This document shows positions 18,602-28,045 of a stretch of 64,000 nucleotides of DNA, one piece after another. The number at the start of each line of letters is the position of its first letter. The stretch's first letter is position 1. Under the pieces are notes generated by a model. The model was given only the letters and a program-made list of their open reading frames with translations, searched no databases and was not told where the DNA came from. This DNA is from an uncultured Gammaproteobacteria bacterium (GTDB lineage Bacteria > Patescibacteriota > Microgenomatia > UBA12405). Where the stretch lies: positions 196,342-260,341 of the forward strand of contig CAZIZX010000001.1 of the NCBI GenBank assembly GCA_964544275.1, read 5' to 3'. The translations under genes were made by a program, and so were the position numbers.

Positions 18602-19325
18602 CAAGATTCTTCAGTCAGTTAGGCAATTAGAACCAAAATACTTCGATATTCACGTCGACCGCTATCGCTTCATTTTAAAACAAGTCTCGCTTCTTAATCT
18701 GCCAAAGTCTGCCAAAATACTCGATGTTGGCTGTTTTCCTCCCCATCTTTCTGCTGCCCTGACCAAACTTGGCTATCTTGTTTACGGAATTTCTTTTTTT
18801 AATGAACAAAAAACTTTGCCTCGTGTATCGAAAATAAATATTGAAAACCAGAAGCTGCCTTATCAGGACAACTCCTTCGATCTGATACTATTTTCTGAAG
18901 TTTTAGAACATCTTATTGAATATCCGGATAATTTCTTCTCAGAAGTCTATCGTCTGCTAAAAAAAGAAGCTTATTTTTTTATCACCACTCCCAACGCCGC
19001 CCGGCTTCAAAACATCGCCCTCCTTTTATTAAATAAGAATATCTACCCGCCACTTCCTCAATTTCAATCTACTCATATACAGGATGGCACCATTTATCAC
19101 CGCCACAACCGCGAATACACCCTGCCGGAACTAAATACCATTTTCAGCAAATACCCGGCAATGAAAACTATTGCTTCTGGATACTTCATATCTTTCTCTC
19201 CTTTTCGCCCCAAAAATAGACAAGATACTTTTTTGTTAAAAATAATAAAAACCCTAAACCATCTTCTGATGTTGCTTTTCCCCAACAAGAAAGATACTCT
19301 TTTTATGATCTACCAAAAACTTTAA
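18591..19325 (+). CDS. Class I SAM-dependent methyltransferase.
   Basis: Motif I ILDVGCFPP and motif II/III FDLILFSEVLEHL. Confidence 0.7.
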   Translation: MTTDKILQSVRQLEPKYFDIHVDRYRFILKQVSLLNLPKSAKILDVGCFPPHLSAALTKLGYLVYGISFFNEQKTLPRVSKINIENQKLPYQDNSFDLILFSEVLEHLIEYPDNFFSEVYRLLKKEAYFFITTPNAARLQNIALLLLNKNIYPPLPQFQSTHIQDGTIYHRHNREYTLPELNTIFSKYPAMKTIASGYFISFSPFRPKNRQDTFLLKIIKTLNHLLMLLFPNKKDTLFMIYQKL

Positions 19326-19378
19326 GGAACATCATAGCCTTTATTTGCTATACTGAATTATTAAAAACAAATTAAACT

Positions 19379-19843
19379 ATGGATATACCTAATCTATCCC
19401 CAACCAATCCTAGTGTTCCGGCTACCCCCCAAAACCTCAAAAAAGCGCTACCCTTGGTTCTTATATTATTTTTATCGGTAGCCAGTGGTTTTATTCTATC
19501 TCGACTTACTCCATCCACACCCGGTTCTTCCTCCAGTAATCCCATACCTTTTACCAATGGAGCAGTTAACAAGGAAGACATTGTTCCCGGAGTAGTTTAT
19601 GGTGACCAAAACAAAAATTATAATGACTCGGCTACTGGCCTGCTCAAGTCTGGTTCTGTCAACGGTGAGGGTACTCATTTTCTCGAACGTGAAGGTGGCG
19701 AGACCCAAAAAGTCACCCTAACCTCCTCCAGCATTGATCTTGATCTTTTTGTTGACAAAATGGTAGAAATTAAAGGTCAAACCAATTCATCTACCAAAGC
19801 TGGTTGGTTTGTTGATGTTTTTACAATCAAGCAACTTCAATAA
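19379..19843 (+). CDS. Hypothetical secreted or membrane-anchored protein; translationally coupled to ftsE through a TAATG overlap.
   Basis: N-terminal TM/signal segment (ALPLVLILFLSVASGFILS) and a Ser/Thr/Pro-rich linker. The stop shares one nucleotide with the ftsE start. Confidence 0.4.
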   Translation: MDIPNLSPTNPSVPATPQNLKKALPLVLILFLSVASGFILSRLTPSTPGSSSSNPIPFTNGAVNKEDIVPGVVYGDQNKNYNDSATGLLKSGSVNGEGTHFLEREGGETQKVTLTSSSIDLDLFVDKMVEIKGQTNSSTKAGWFVDVFTIKQLQ

Positions 19844-20568
19844 TGAAAATTGTTTTCGACAACGTTAGCAAAAGCTATGGGCTTACTAACGCCATTACTA
19901 ACGTAAATTTAAAGGTCAAACAGGGTGATTTTATATTTATTGCCGGCCCTTCTGGCGCCGGAAAATCTACCCTTTTAAAATTAATTCTCGGCCAAATTAA
20001 ACCCAGCTCCGGTCATATATTATTAGATGATGATGATTTGTCCAAGACTAAAAAAAGCCAACTGGATAAGTATAGAAAAAAAATAGGTGTCATCTTTCAG
20101 GATTACCAGCTGATAGCTGACAAAAATATCGAGGAAAATATTGCTCTGGCACTGGACATTATTAACTTTCCCAAAGACGAAATTCTTCCCAAGATTGACG
20201 AAGTCACCAAAAAAGTAAATTTAAGCAGTAAACGCCTACTTTTCCCTTCGCAGCTTTCTGGCGGAGAACTCCAAAGAACTTCCTTGGCCCGCGCCATTGC
20301 TGTTGAACCAACGCTGATTTTGGCCGACGAGCCCACTGGTAATCTCGATCCGGAGAATTCCTGGAACCTGATAAAACTGCTTCAGGACATCAACCAGACC
20401 ACCAACGCCACTGTTATCATGACATCCCACAACATGGACATTGTCGAATCCCTGGGTAAGAGAGTAATTTACCTCAAAAACGGTGAAATTATCAAAGACA
20501 CCGCCACTCCAAAAATCAAAAAAAATATAAAAGTTAAAACGAAAAACAAAGAAAATGTCAGCGCTTAG
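19843..20568 (+). CDS. ftsE: Cell-division ABC transporter ATP-binding protein FtsE.
   Basis: Walker A GPSGAGKST, ABC signature LSGGELQR and Walker B ILADEPTGNLD. It lies immediately upstream of an FtsX-like permease. Confidence 0.85.
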   Translation: MKIVFDNVSKSYGLTNAITNVNLKVKQGDFIFIAGPSGAGKSTLLKLILGQIKPSSGHILLDDDDLSKTKKSQLDKYRKKIGVIFQDYQLIADKNIEENIALALDIINFPKDEILPKIDEVTKKVNLSSKRLLFPSQLSGGELQRTSLARAIAVEPTLILADEPTGNLDPENSWNLIKLLQDINQTTNATVIMTSHNMDIVESLGKRVIYLKNGEIIKDTATPKIKKNIKVKTKNKENVSA

Positions 20569-21427
20569 AAACTCTTGGCACCATATCAGCCGATCACCCC
20601 TCCAAAGCTTTACCGCTATATTCGTCATGTTCCTAAGTTTCTTTGTCATCACTTCTTTTCTCATCATATCCAACGGATTTTCATCTGTCCTCAAACATTT
20701 TGAGACCAAGCCCGAAATTACCATATACCTCAAAGACGGATTAAGTCTCGAAAAAGTTGAAGGTATCCAAAAAAATTTATCCGCTTACCCCGGTGTCAAA
20801 GAAATAAGGTTTATTTCCAAAGAAAAAGCTCTTGTTCTTTATAAGGAACAGAATCAGGACAACCCTATGCTTACCGAAATGGTTACCGCCAACATCTTGC
20901 CCGCCTCTTTTGAAGTCTCAGTCGAAGACCCTCTGATACTGGAAAAAATTGCCACCGACTTTAACCCTCAGAACGAAGTTGTTGATGAAATAATATATCA
21001 AAAAGACATTATCAACTCCCTTCTCTCCTGGACGAAAATAATCCGACAATCGGGCCTAATTATTATTGGTGTCAGTAGCCTGGTGTCGTTCTTTGTCATT
21101 TTTGTGATTATCGGTATGAAAATTACCAATCGCAAAGATGAAATCCGCATCAGCCGTCTACTGGGTGCCTCCAAATACTATGTCAAGAAGTCCTTTATTC
21201 TCGAAGGTTTATTCTATGGACTGGTTGGCAGTATCATTGGGGCTTTTCTTAGCTCCTTTATTTTTTATTACTTCGGTCAAAATATAAATACCTTTTTTCA
21301 GCCCATCCCATTCGTAATTTTTGATATTTATTTTTATCTCAAAATTTTATTGGCCGCTGTTGTTTCAGGTATCCTTATCGGTTTTACCGCCAGTTGGGTT
21401 GGTGTTAAAAGATATATAAAATTTTAA
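20555..21427 (+). CDS. ftsX: Cell-division permease FtsX.
   Basis: Four-TM topology with a large extracytoplasmic loop after TM1 and a C-terminal FtsX-type TM bundle. Synteny with ftsE. Confidence 0.8.
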   Translation: MSALRNSWHHISRSPLQSFTAIFVMFLSFFVITSFLIISNGFSSVLKHFETKPEITIYLKDGLSLEKVEGIQKNLSAYPGVKEIRFISKEKALVLYKEQNQDNPMLTEMVTANILPASFEVSVEDPLILEKIATDFNPQNEVVDEIIYQKDIINSLLSWTKIIRQSGLIIIGVSSLVSFFVIFVIIGMKITNRKDEIRISRLLGASKYYVKKSFILEGLFYGLVGSIIGAFLSSFIFYYFGQNINTFFQPIPFVIFDIYFYLKILLAAVVSGILIGFTASWVGVKRYIKF

Positions 21428-21431
21428 CTCG

Positions 21432-22535
21432 ATGATAAAAAAGTTAGTTTTGTTTTTATCATTAATTTTTCTATCCTTCTCTTTCTTCCATCCCACCCTC
21501 AACAGTCAGGAAGAGACTCAACCGGTCACCGAATTACAGGACAAAATTAACGAATATACTGAAAAATTAGTCGAATTATCCAAGGCTAAAGATACTCTAA
21601 CCAACCAAATCAAAATTCTTGATTCCCAAATTAGTCTGACCCAACTGAAAATTACCCAAACAGAAAACACCATCTCCATTCTAGAAAACGAAATTGACAA
21701 TTTAGCCATCAAAATAAACGATCTTGACCGTTTCTTGGATCAACTCACTTTTGCTCTGATCCAGCAAATAAACCAAAACTATCGTCTGGCTAAGCGCATT
21801 CCCGCCGTCGCCCTGCTACTATCCAACAATTTCAACGGCTTTTTAGAGCAACAGAAATATATTACTTTAGTCCAGAAGAATAGCCAAAATACCATCATTA
21901 ACATGGAAACAGTTCGGACTAATTACGATCTCCAAAAACAGGAAAAAGAAAAAAAACAGGAAGAACTCAAAAACCTTCGGCTTCAGCTGGACGAACAAAA
22001 ACTGACTCTAGCCAAACAAAAAGATTCTAAGGCTAATCTTCTTTCGGTCACCAAAAACGATGAAGCTCGCTATCAACAACTCAAAAAAGCTGCCGAAAAC
22101 GAACTCAGTTCATTGCTCAGGGCCAAATTTGTCGGCAAAAGAGATGTCAAAAAAGGCGAAGCACTTGGACTGATGGGCAATACCGGCTATTCCTTCGGTG
22201 ACCATCTTCATTTTGGCCTCTACCAACTGGCCGAAGCCGATTTAAGCTCTTGGACCTACTATAACGATATCGATGCCTCCTCCTACCTCAGTACCCATCG
22301 TTGGCCCATGAACGAACCCATTACCATCACTCAGGAACGTGGAGTCACCAAATATGCCTACCTCTACGCCAACCGCTTCCACAACGGTATCGACATGGTC
22401 TCTCCCAACAAAACTATTGTCGCCGTCAATGACGGTGTTGCTTACTTCTTTAGAAATACCGGCAGCAGTCTCGGCAACCACGTCAAGCTTTTTCATCCTG
22501 ATGGCAAAATGTCACTCTATCTTCACATGCAGTAA
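21432..22535 (+). CDS. M23-family metallopeptidase with an N-terminal coiled coil (EnvC/PcsB-like FtsEX partner).
   Basis: Signal peptide, ~200 aa of heptad-rich coiled coil, then the M23 motifs GLMGNTGYSFGDHLHFGL and HNGIDM. Gene order ftsE-ftsX-M23. Confidence 0.8.
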   Translation: MIKKLVLFLSLIFLSFSFFHPTLNSQEETQPVTELQDKINEYTEKLVELSKAKDTLTNQIKILDSQISLTQLKITQTENTISILENEIDNLAIKINDLDRFLDQLTFALIQQINQNYRLAKRIPAVALLLSNNFNGFLEQQKYITLVQKNSQNTIINMETVRTNYDLQKQEKEKKQEELKNLRLQLDEQKLTLAKQKDSKANLLSVTKNDEARYQQLKKAAENELSSLLRAKFVGKRDVKKGEALGLMGNTGYSFGDHLHFGLYQLAEADLSSWTYYNDIDASSYLSTHRWPMNEPITITQERGVTKYAYLYANRFHNGIDMVSPNKTIVAVNDGVAYFFRNTGSSLGNHVKLFHPDGKMSLYLHMQ

Positions 22536-22536
22536 G

Positions 22537-23169
22537 TTAGTAGCCTCTGGATACTTTTCTCAAACCCAAACCAGCCACTGTTCCCATTACCACCATAACT
22601 GTTTTCAAAATAATGGTAGGATCACCGGTTTTAGGCACTGACTTAACTCCGATAAAGTAACTGGCATCATCTTTGTCGCTCAATCCGTCGGCACTCACAT
22701 TGGCAACATTTGTCCTTTTATTCAAATTTACAAGCTTGTTTGCCTCCGATATCCTGGCTCTAATCAAAAAATTCTTTACTTCACCCACCTCAAGTTTATC
22801 TATTGTCCAGGTAATAACATTATTAACCTTGTTTAATTCACCCGGGTAGAATACCAAAGCTAAATTAGCTGGCAACTGATCCTCAACTTTAATATTGCTT
22901 AAAGTTTCATTACCGATGTTTTCCACACTTACTTTAAACTCCAGAGTATCACCGTCAAAAAATATGGCCACGTCACTGGAAATATTGTCGTAATAATTTT
23001 CCGAATCAATAGGTCTGATTTTTTTATCAACTGAAATGGCTCTCTTGTCTTCTTTAGGCACATAATACTGTGCATCAACTCTACTGGCGTTAAGCAGTGA
23101 AATCATCAAAACACCAAAAGCCGCCAACACCAATCCCGCTTTAGTTACTCTCATTTTATTAAAAATCAT
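22537..23169 (-). CDS. Surface protein with a DUF11/CARDB-like beta-sandwich repeat and a C-terminal sortase sorting signal (VPKTG, TM helix, basic tail).
   Basis: Signal peptide (MRVTKAGLVLAAFGVLMISLLNA). The C-terminus is VPKTGDPTIILKTVMVVMGTVAGLGLRKVSRGY, which is an LPxTG-like motif, then a hydrophobic stretch, then a positively charged tail. An upstream in-frame Met at 23229 is also possible. Confidence 0.6.
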   Translation of the reverse strand: MIFNKMRVTKAGLVLAAFGVLMISLLNASRVDAQYYVPKEDKRAISVDKKIRPIDSENYYDNISSDVAIFFDGDTLEFKVSVENIGNETLSNIKVEDQLPANLALVFYPGELNKVNNVITWTIDKLEVGEVKNFLIRARISEANKLVNLNKRTNVANVSADGLSDKDDASYFIGVKSVPKTGDPTIILKTVMVVMGTVAGLGLRKVSRGY

Positions 23170-23229
23170 ATTTAAATTTATATAATTTATTATACAGGAT
23201 ATTATATCACTATTTTCTTTTATTGTCAA

Positions 23230-23452
23230 TATTTACAAAAGAACGGAACCACCAGCTTATATTTTTTTAGAAAATACCTATATTAATACTTATTTATACA
23301 ATAATATAAAAGAATATTAATATTATAAAAAAATTTTGTATTAATATGGTATTTTATATACCAAAGTATATGTAATAATTATAACCTATAATCTTATTAT
23401 TTGCAACATTGACAACATTTTTTAAAATCTCCGCTTTTGATATACTCATTTT
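23230..23452. promoter_or_regulatory. AT-rich divergent intergenic region, the longest in the window, separating the sortase-substrate gene from the start of the glycosylation island. It contains the palindrome AATATTAATATT and an extended -10 (TGaTATACT, 23438-23446) 6 nt upstream of the GT2 start codon.
   Basis: 223 bp, mostly A/T, with a self-complementary 12-mer at ~23312-23323. TG at 23438-23439 and TATACT at 23441-23446 precede an ATG at 23453 with no SD. Confidence 0.4.
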
Positions 23453-24184
23453 ATGAAAAAACCAATCATCGACGAAATCTCAGTCTTTTTCCCCGCTTAC
23501 AACGAAGAAAAGAACCTCAAAACTACGGTATCCAAATCCATAGAAGTACTCAAATCTATTTCCCGCAAATGGGAAGTTATTATTATCAACGACGGTTCCA
23601 AGGATAAGACCCAACAGGTTGCCGAAAATATTAAATCCGACTATCCCGACAACATCAGCATCATCACCCACAGTCCCAATAGGGGATACGGTGCTGCCCT
23701 AAAAAGCGGTCTTTATAACTCAAAATATCAATGGATCGCCTTTATTGATTCCGATGGCCAATTTGATTTCGCCGAAATCAATCACCTTATAAAAAAACAA
23801 AAAGAAACCAAAGCCGATCTTGTTATCGGCTACTACCTTGGCAGAAAAGTGCCTTTTTATCGAAAATTTGGCTCACAGCTTTGGCAATTGGCTGTTTTCA
23901 CTCTATTTGGCCTTAAAGTCAGGGATATAGACTGTGGTTTCAAGCTGATCAATAAAAAGGTTGTCGACGCTATCCCCAGGTTGGAATCAGAACGGGGCCC
24001 GTTCATCTCTTCTGAATTCCTTATTCATTCCAAAAAAGCTGGTTTCAAAATTGTTGAAATTGGCGTTAACCATTACCCTCGCACAGCCGGAGAAGCCACT
24101 GGTGCCAAACTAAGCGTTGTTCTCGCCGGTTTCAAAGATTTATTCACTCTCTGGAAAAAAATTAACCTGGCTCATGCTAAGTAA
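23453..24184 (+). CDS. GT2 polyprenyl-phosphate monosaccharide synthase (DPM1/GtrB/ArnC-like).
   Basis: ISVFFPAYNEE, IIINDGSKDKT, RGYGAALKSG, FIDSDGQFD and DCGFKLI are motifs of the soluble-domain DPM1-like GT2 fold. Confidence 0.8.
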   Translation: MKKPIIDEISVFFPAYNEEKNLKTTVSKSIEVLKSISRKWEVIIINDGSKDKTQQVAENIKSDYPDNISIITHSPNRGYGAALKSGLYNSKYQWIAFIDSDGQFDFAEINHLIKKQKETKADLVIGYYLGRKVPFYRKFGSQLWQLAVFTLFGLKVRDIDCGFKLINKKVVDAIPRLESERGPFISSEFLIHSKKAGFKIVEIGVNHYPRTAGEATGAKLSVVLAGFKDLFTLWKKINLAHAK

Positions 24185-25676
24185 AATCTTCCATCACAGA
24201 GGGTTAATTGTTTTAATCCTTCTTCTAGCTGCCTTCCTTCGTCTCTATCGCCTCCCTGAATACATGGAATTTTTGGGTGATCAAGGCCGAGATATGTTAA
24301 TTATTCGGGACTTGCTCAAAAACGGGAACCTGTTTTTTATCGGGCCCACCACCAGCATGGGACACATGTACCTTGGGCCTTACTATTATTACTTGATCGC
24401 CCCGTTTTTACTTATTTTCAACTTCAATCCAATCGGCCCTTCTGTTTTTGTTGCTCTCTTAAGCGTCTTGACCTGCTATTTAATCTACAAAATAAGCTGT
24501 GCTTGGTTTAATAAACCAATTGCTTTTTTGTCCTCTCTCCTTTTTGCCATATCGCCGGTAGTAATCAAATACTCAAATTTTTCCTGGAATCCAAACGTCA
24601 TGCCTCTGTTTTCGCTCCTGTTTATTTACTTTGTTTCCCAGGCTGTTTTCAAAAACAAACCCCGAGACTTGCTTTTCGCTACCCTCGCCTTTATTATGGC
24701 AATTAATTCTCATTATCTTGCTGTCTTATTGCTACCTCCCGCCTTTTTACTTTTACTTTACAAATTTTTAAAAGTCAAAAAAGACAGTAAAAACCCAAAT
24801 AAATCATTCAGTTTATATCTACTGCTCTCTTTCTTACTTTTTCTAGTCTCTTTAACGCCACAGATACTCTTTGACATCAGGCACAACGGCCAAAATATTA
24901 ACGCTTTTATCAGTTTCTTTTTTGACAGGCAATCAGGTACGGGATTCAATCTTATAAAGTATTTCCAGTCAATTCCTCAAATTACGTTCCTGATTTTCGG
25001 ACGTCTGATAACGGCAAAATACTTAAATATTGGCTTATTGTTCACTATATTTTCATCTTTATTTGTTTTGGTAAAAATTATAAATATCCTAAAGACCAAA
25101 TCCTATTCACAAAATAAGTATTTTATTTTACTCGTCACCTGGATTGCGTCTGGGATCCTCGGCCTTAGTCTTTATAATTTACAACTTGATCACTATTTTG
25201 GCTTCTTATATCCTGCAGTCTTTATCTTAACAGCTTTTTTTATTCATCAAGTTTACAAATCCTTTTCAATCTTGCGGATTACGTCGTTCATCATCACCCT
25301 TACCCTAATTATTTTATCTTTTCTCCAAAATCCCTTCCGTTTCTCTCCGCCCCGACAGCTTATTTACACTCGAAACATTGTCGACTTTATTATCAATCAA
25401 TCCAGCGACGAACCCTTTAATTTTGCCCTATTATCCAAGAACAACTATGACCCTTCATATCGCTATTTTTTTTATGAGAATGACTCACCCATCTTTGATC
25501 TTCACAACAAACTAACTGAACAGTTATTTGTCGTCTGCGAACCTTGGCAAAATGATTGCCAGCCCATAAACCACCCCCAATGGGAAATCGCCGCTTTCGG
25601 TTGGTCAAAAATTGACAAAGAATGGTCCGTTGAAGGAACGACGGTTTTTAGGCTAGTCCACAACAAGCAACCTTAA
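24174..25676 (+). CDS. Polytopic membrane protein, putative GT-C-type glycosyltransferase; paralog of 28046-29362.
   Basis: About 12 predicted TM segments. The N-terminal LRLYRL...GDQGRD...GPTTSMGHMYLGPYYYY is shared with the ORF at 28046. It follows a DPM1-like GT2, as in ArnC/ArnT-type pairs. Confidence 0.45.
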   Translation: MLSKIFHHRGLIVLILLLAAFLRLYRLPEYMEFLGDQGRDMLIIRDLLKNGNLFFIGPTTSMGHMYLGPYYYYLIAPFLLIFNFNPIGPSVFVALLSVLTCYLIYKISCAWFNKPIAFLSSLLFAISPVVIKYSNFSWNPNVMPLFSLLFIYFVSQAVFKNKPRDLLFATLAFIMAINSHYLAVLLLPPAFLLLLYKFLKVKKDSKNPNKSFSLYLLLSFLLFLVSLTPQILFDIRHNGQNINAFISFFFDRQSGTGFNLIKYFQSIPQITFLIFGRLITAKYLNIGLLFTIFSSLFVLVKIINILKTKSYSQNKYFILLVTWIASGILGLSLYNLQLDHYFGFLYPAVFILTAFFIHQVYKSFSILRITSFIITLTLIILSFLQNPFRFSPPRQLIYTRNIVDFIINQSSDEPFNFALLSKNNYDPSYRYFFYENDSPIFDLHNKLTEQLFVVCEPWQNDCQPINHPQWEIAAFGWSKIDKEWSVEGTTVFRLVHNKQP

Positions 25677-27346
25677 AGCTTTGTTTTCAAAACTCTATAA
25701 GCGAGAGGTCCATTCGGCAGAAATATGTCTTTCACCAAAACCAGATTATGGTCTTCAATTTGCTGGTCAGATAGGGCCAAAGCATCACATATTAAATACT
25801 GCTCAACCCCGCTGGTATCTTTCCCAAACTCAATGTTTTTGACCGTTACTTTACCCAGATATTTTTCGTTTACTCTGCTTAGGTTTTCATAATAATCCTG
25901 GGGGAGTACCTCGATATTATCGGCCTGATATAAATCCGGACTATACTTCAACCAAAACAAAGCCTGAATATATGGTTCAGCCCTGGAGTTATCAATAATA
26001 ATCGGCAAATCAGAATCATCCTCGATTACCGTCTTTATAGCTTCTTCTATTCCATAACCCCAATAAGAAGCCCGAAAATATTCGTTTAATTTAAAAACAC
26101 TGCTGTTCAATTTAATAACGGAATAAGACACTCCTAACAGAACAACTGCAACCATAATTTGATACTTCGCCCGATTCTTTACAAGCCAATCGAGACCCAA
26201 ACTCATTACCATTACCAATGGTATCAATTGTGGCAAAGCTCTGATTGTTGAATATGGGTCGCGTGTCAAAGACGCTGGTATTGGGGATACTAGCAACATA
26301 CAAACGACAAAATACCTTAATTTCCCTAGATTCTTACATCTAAACAGAACAATTAGTCCTAAAACATAAAAAGGAAATTGCCAGGCAAAAAAAGCGGAAA
26401 CATCGGGATATGAACTTCTAGGTTCAGCGTCACCCAGATTAAATAAAAATCTGGGTGAATAATAAGAAGAATATAACGATAAAAATTCTCTGGCCATTAA
26501 AGTAACTTTCTCGTTAATCAGAAAAGAAATTTGTCCGCTAGCCTGAAAGTCGTGACCGTATGGCATATTTCTCTGGGTTGAAAATATATTCAACACACTC
26601 GCTCTGGCCGAAAATCCGGGAGTTCTGGCAATCAACACTGTCGGCAAAACCATTATCACTCCCAAAATAACAGAAATTGTCAACGGCAATACGCTTTTTC
26701 TTAGGTTGTCCCACATTATTTTTCTATGATGAAAAACCAACAAGATTAAAATAACTGGGGCCACAATTCTTTCGGAATGATAAGTCAAAAAAGACAAAGC
26801 CCAAAAAATCGCCGACACCACCAGCAACCATTGTTTTTTAAACGACTTGTAAAACAACAATATAGCAACCATTAAAAACAACAAAGCCAGGTTAGTTTCA
26901 TAGGTAGTCCGAGACATTACTATATGCCAGGGTGAAACAGCCAACAAAAAGGCAGACAGCAACGGTAGGGTTCTTTTATATTTTTTTGGGCTGATTTCTT
27001 TGACCAAAAGATACAATATAACTACACTAAATAATCCAGCAACAGCAGACGGCAATCTGGTTACTCTTGGACCCAACTCGGCAAAGTTCAACACCAATGC
27101 CAATATGTAACCATAAACGGGAGCCTTAAAATCACCGAAAGACCGAAACACTACCGGTAGTGTTTTTCCAAACTCATCCTTACCCGTAACCTTCAAAGAA
27201 TAGGCATTATATCCTATCGCTGCTTCATCCAAATAAAATCCCTTTGGTACCTCGCCTAATTTATAAAACCGAAAATATCCACCAATTAATAAAACAATTA
27301 TGAATAATAAATATTTCATATTACTCTTATCAATTCCATCAAACAA
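25673..27346 (-). CDS. GT-C glycosyltransferase of the ArnT/PMT (GT39/GT83-like) family.
   Basis: N-terminal YLDEAAIGYNAYSLKVTGKDEFGKTLPVVFRSFGDFKAPVYGY matches the DE..Y...A......G.DE.G..P...RS.GD.K.P.Y signature of polyprenyl-P-sugar-dependent GT-C enzymes. Polytopic. Confidence 0.75.
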   Translation of the reverse strand: MFDGIDKSNMKYLLFIIVLLIGGYFRFYKLGEVPKGFYLDEAAIGYNAYSLKVTGKDEFGKTLPVVFRSFGDFKAPVYGYILALVLNFAELGPRVTRLPSAVAGLFSVVILYLLVKEISPKKYKRTLPLLSAFLLAVSPWHIVMSRTTYETNLALLFLMVAILLFYKSFKKQWLLVVSAIFWALSFLTYHSERIVAPVILILLVFHHRKIMWDNLRKSVLPLTISVILGVIMVLPTVLIARTPGFSARASVLNIFSTQRNMPYGHDFQASGQISFLINEKVTLMAREFLSLYSSYYSPRFLFNLGDAEPRSSYPDVSAFFAWQFPFYVLGLIVLFRCKNLGKLRYFVVCMLLVSPIPASLTRDPYSTIRALPQLIPLVMVMSLGLDWLVKNRAKYQIMVAVVLLGVSYSVIKLNSSVFKLNEYFRASYWGYGIEEAIKTVIEDDSDLPIIIDNSRAEPYIQALFWLKYSPDLYQADNIEVLPQDYYENLSRVNEKYLGKVTVKNIEFGKDTSGVEQYLICDALALSDQQIEDHNLVLVKDIFLPNGPLAYRVLKTKL

Positions 27347-28041
27347 AAAATTAAATAAAACCCAAAAAGCAACCTTGCCTGTTTAAATCTGGCCATAATT
27401 CCAAGTCCATAAATTATCATTAACCCCAACGGAAACCACAAGACAAAATCATACCTGTCCGGGTTTTTCAACAAAGCCAGCAAAATAATCAGGCTTGAAC
27501 TTAAAGCCACCCACCAGGTTCTATTTTTATATTTTTTTATGTTTATGACTCCAACGAAAAATGGAATTATCGCCAAAAAAGGGAACTTCATTAAATTCTG
27601 GTTGTCGCCCACCAACTCTCTTGGGTGTAGCCCAAAAAAATAATTGTTCGGGTCAATCAACAAAAATAAATTTTTATTATATTTATCAATCACCTCAACA
27701 TACTTGTTTTGTAACAGCAGTGCTTCAATTCTGTTGTCATAAAGAGATCTTTTTGTGTTCAAATAATGCCAGTCCAGTTCATTTCTGCCCAATATTGTCA
27801 ATCTATCAATCCGATTTTTACCGCCAAAAAATATTCCCAAAAAAAGGACACCCAAAACCAAAATGAAACTTTTTAATTTCCCTTTTTTGAAACAATAAAA
27901 ACTCGTACCAATAATCAAAATTGAGGCAATTAATCCAAGGCACAACAAATTAATTCCATTGTATTTCCAAAACAAATATGGCCAAAATACTAATGATATT
28001 ATTGAAGCAATAAATACCTTTTTACAAACAACCAATCTCAT
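27316..28041 (-). CDS. Polytopic membrane protein, unknown function; the start codon is uncertain and the ORF extends to 28122.
   Basis: 7-8 hydrophobic segments and no recognisable catalytic motif. Its 3' end overlaps the ArnT-like gene. The 5' end would collide with the divergent gene at 28046 unless the internal Met at 28041 is used. Confidence 0.35.
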   Translation of the reverse strand: MRLVVCKKVFIASIISLVFWPYLFWKYNGINLLCLGLIASILIIGTSFYCFKKGKLKSFILVLGVLFLGIFFGGKNRIDRLTILGRNELDWHYLNTKRSLYDNRIEALLLQNKYVEVIDKYNKNLFLLIDPNNYFFGLHPRELVGDNQNLMKFPFLAIIPFFVGVINIKKYKNRTWWVALSSSLIILLALLKNPDRYDFVLWFPLGLMIIYGLGIMARFKQARLLFGFYLIFCLMELIRVI

Positions 28042-28045
28042 TAAT

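Noticed and set aside
20236-20733. 165-aa minus-strand ORF spanning the ftsE/ftsX junction
   Set aside because: It is antisense to two well-supported genes and has a low-complexity composition. It is spurious.
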